64,000 bases of DNA from Calditrichia bacterium (lineage in GTDB: Bacteria > Calditrichota > Calditrichia > JAJRVZ01): the NCBI GenBank assembly GCA_963796965.1, contig CAWCNS010000004.1, positions 192,001 through 256,000 of the forward strand. The letters run 5' to 3'. The position numbers and the translations under genes are program-made. The notes under the pieces are model-generated. The model did no database searches and was not told the DNA's origin. It was given only the letters and a program-made list of their open reading frames with translations. Positions within the stretch are counted from its first letter, which is position 1. Each line of letters starts with the position of its first letter. Shown here piece by piece: positions 61,574 to 64,000 of the stretch.

Positions 61574-63487
61574 ATGAAAACACTTATCACATCATTATCC
61601 ATACTCATCTTATTGGGATTACAGTCCTGCCACAATATAGCCCCTGATAAACCTAATATCATCATCATATTTACGGATGACCAGGGCTACGCTGATCTTG
61701 GTTGTTATGGGGCTGAGGGATTTAACACACCCAATCTGGACCAAATGGCTAATGAGGGTATGCGTTTCACCAGTTTTTATGCAGCGCCGACCTGTTCACC
61801 TTCCCGGGCAGCGTTGCTAACAGGTTCTTATCCTGTTCGGGTTGGCGTTCCTGCCGTGCTTGAACCGGATAGCCCAACTGGTCTGGATCCGGGTGAAATC
61901 ACCATTGCCGAGATTCTTAAAGAGCAAGGATATGCTACAGCCTGCGTCGGCAAATGGCATTTGGGTGATCAACCTGCGATGATGCCTACCAACCAGGGAT
62001 TTGATGAATATTTTGGTCTTCCCTATTCCAACAACCAATGGCCCTGGCGAAATAGTCCAGTTAAGGAAGGGGCCCGGTCTGATTTGTATCCGGATCTTCC
62101 TTTATATAAAAATCAAAAAATTGTTGAACTAAATCCTGACCAAAATCAGCTCACACGGCGATATACAGATTATGCGTTAAGATTTATCGAAGCAAATAAG
62201 AATAAACCGTTTTTTTTGTATTTACCCCATAGCATGGCCCATATTGCTCTGGGCGTGTCGGAGAAATTTGCTGGCAAGACAGAGTATGGTCGTTATGGTG
62301 ATGTGATGGAGGAGATTGATTGGTCAACGGGTGAAATATTAAAGGCTTTAAAAAGGAATAACCTGGAAAATAAAACCCTGGTAATTTTTACCTCAGATAA
62401 TGGGCCTCCGCTTTCATATGGAGATCATGCTGGTAAGGCTTATCCACTTCGCGAAGGGAAAAGCACCACTTTTGAAGGGGGATTGCGTGTCCCTTGTCTT
62501 ATGCGTTGGCCAGGAAAGATTCCATCCGGATCGGTAAATCATGAGATAGCCACGACAATGGATCTCTTACCAACTATTGCCCGGTTGGTGGGAAGCCAGG
62601 TGCCCGGGGACCGGGTGATAGATGGTAAAGATATCTGGTCATTAATGAGCGGAAAGCCCGGTTCCAAAACACCCTATAACGCATTTTTTTATCACTGGGA
62701 TTCTGAATTACAGGCGGTGCGTTCCGGGTCCTGGAAATTACATTTTCCCCATATGTATAGGTATCAGGTAGAGGCAGCGGGAAGTAACGGCCAGCGGGCT
62801 GGTGAAATTGATGCCTCCATCGGTTTGTCCCTTTATAATCTGGATGAGGATATTGGGGAGACGAAAGATCTTTCTGATCAGCACCCGGATATCGTCAAAA
62901 AACTCACCGTTCTTGCTGATGATCATCTAAAGGACCTTGTTGAAAATTCAAGAGCACCCGTGGATATTTCTGATATAGACTGGCGCCGCTACCAGGATCA
63001 AATATCCACAGGGGAATTTATTACAGACTGGTGGCTCATTGGTCCTTTTGATAATAGCAGCAGGAAAGGAATGGAAAACGTATACCCACCGGAGAAAGAA
63101 TTTTTTCCGAACCGAAAATATACCGGGCACACGGGCCAAAAGATTGGATGGTGGTTATATGAAGGGAAGGGAGACTCCTATATTAGCCTGGCCAAACTGT
63201 TCAATCCCTCTGATGAAGAGGTGGTTTATGCCCGGCGGATATTTAATCTTAAGCAGAGGGCCAATCTTAAAGTCGGCTTGGGAAGCAATGATGGTATAAA
63301 GATGTGGGTTAATGGTAAACTTGTTCATTCTAATATTATTGCAAGAACAGCAATACCCAATGACGATGTTTTTACCGCGCCATTTAAAAAAGGTGAAAAT
63401 GTGGTCTTGTTAAAGATCGATCAACTTGGCGGCGGTTGGGGATTTTTCTTTACCATAATTGAAGGAAATGAATATATAGTGCATTAA
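61574..63487 (+). CDS. S1 sulfatase lipoprotein (Cys-type) with C-terminal beta-sandwich module
   Basis: Lipobox LQSC; FTDDQG, CSPSRAALLTG, GKWHLG, SDNG. Confidence 0.93.
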   Translation: MKTLITSLSILILLGLQSCHNIAPDKPNIIIIFTDDQGYADLGCYGAEGFNTPNLDQMANEGMRFTSFYAAPTCSPSRAALLTGSYPVRVGVPAVLEPDSPTGLDPGEITIAEILKEQGYATACVGKWHLGDQPAMMPTNQGFDEYFGLPYSNNQWPWRNSPVKEGARSDLYPDLPLYKNQKIVELNPDQNQLTRRYTDYALRFIEANKNKPFFLYLPHSMAHIALGVSEKFAGKTEYGRYGDVMEEIDWSTGEILKALKRNNLENKTLVIFTSDNGPPLSYGDHAGKAYPLREGKSTTFEGGLRVPCLMRWPGKIPSGSVNHEIATTMDLLPTIARLVGSQVPGDRVIDGKDIWSLMSGKPGSKTPYNAFFYHWDSELQAVRSGSWKLHFPHMYRYQVEAAGSNGQRAGEIDASIGLSLYNLDEDIGETKDLSDQHPDIVKKLTVLADDHLKDLVENSRAPVDISDIDWRRYQDQISTGEFITDWWLIGPFDNSSRKGMENVYPPEKEFFPNRKYTGHTGQKIGWWLYEGKGDSYISLAKLFNPSDEEVVYARRIFNLKQRANLKVGLGSNDGIKMWVNGKLVHSNIIARTAIPNDDVFTAPFKKGENVVLLKIDQLGGGWGFFFTIIEGNEYIVH

Positions 63488-63594
63488 TTACAAATCTGCA
63501 TTCTATACTTGATACATTCTCAGCCCCGAGATGTTAATTGATAAATCAAAACTTTGCACAATACAAAGAATTGAATAATAAAGTAATTAATATT

Positions 63595-63719
63595 TCACGC
63601 AAAGGCGCCAAGACGCAGAGAAAAATAAATAATTTTTTTAAAGGATTTAAGACCATGAGATTGATATAAAAATTAATCTTTATATGGATAAAACTTTGCG
63701 TCTTAGCGCCTTTGCGTGA
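63595..63719. repeat. REPIN-like inverted pair, TCTCGCAAAG family
   Basis: TCACGCAAAGGCGCCAAGACGCAGAG ... CTTTGCGTCTTAGCGCCTTTGCGTGA. Confidence 0.85.
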
Positions 63720-63757
63720 AAAAGATGAGATAGGAAATATCAGTGAGATCTTATATT

Positions 63758-64000
63758 ATGAAAAAAATTATCACATCCTTATTCCTGCTTATATTTTTGG
63801 GATTACAGTCCTGCCACAATATATCCCCAGATAAACCCAATATAATCATCATATTTACCGATGACCAAGGTTATGCTGATTTGGGATGTTATGGCGCAGA
63901 AGGATTTGCCACCCCTAATCTGGATCAAATGGCAAATGAAGGAATGCGATTTACCAATTTCTATGTTGCGGCATCGGTCTGTTCTCCTTCGCGGGCAGCG
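63758..64000 (+). CDS. S1 sulfatase lipoprotein, 3' truncated by the window edge; close paralog of 61574..63487
   Basis: [38 protein letters not shown]...VCSPSRAA, open to the edge. Confidence 0.9.
   Translation, partial: MKKIITSLFLLIFLGLQSCHNISPDKPNIIIIFTDDQGYADLGCYGAEGFATPNLDQMANEGMRFTNFYVAASVCSPSRAA

Noticed and set aside
60..63299. Many short minus-strand and off-frame ORFs in the track (for example 10440..10991, 30392..30901, 58354..58857)
   Set aside because: They are shadows of well-supported + strand genes and have no recognisable motifs.
1..64000. CRISPR array, tRNA or rRNA
   Set aside because: No regularly spaced repeat-spacer run, cloverleaf or rRNA-like sequence seen; repeats are dispersed inverted pairs.

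Overview
This is an AT-rich bacterial window in which every credible gene lies on the + strand. It is one very large glycan and amino-sugar utilisation region. 'NYPNPFNP' T9SS/FlgD-type C-terminal domains, a PorV/PorQ-type barrel, the absence of SusD and the presence of Shine-Dalgarno sites suggest an FCB-group organism outside Bacteroidota (Calditrichota/KSB1-like); this is inference. Gene order: HAD-domain protein (5' partial), ChbG-type deacetylase, Na+:solute symporter with three tiny coupled membrane proteins, MBL hydrolase, Rbs-like ABC transporter, DUF3748 protein, LacI regulator, StsC/BtrR-like aminotransferase, two Gfo/Idh/MocA dehydrogenases and a CsxA-like GH2. Next comes a cassette behind a putative LacI operator: TonB receptor, PorV-like barrel, giant acidic protein, two parvulin-like lipoproteins and two CTD proteins sharing an unknown repeated domain. 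The rest is two GH106 paralogs, an AKR, an HpcH aldolase, a stand-alone Y1 transposase bracketed by REP arrays, an esterase, DUF5107, DUF4838, a phosphatase and three sulfatases. Many genes carry 1-nt frameshifts, probably long-read errors. Intergenic gaps are full of REP/REPIN-like repeats. The most unusual signal is a family of 20-26 bp double-triloop micro-elements inserted precisely into those REPs and into each other, with filled and empty sites both visible. No rRNA, tRNA or CRISPR array was seen.
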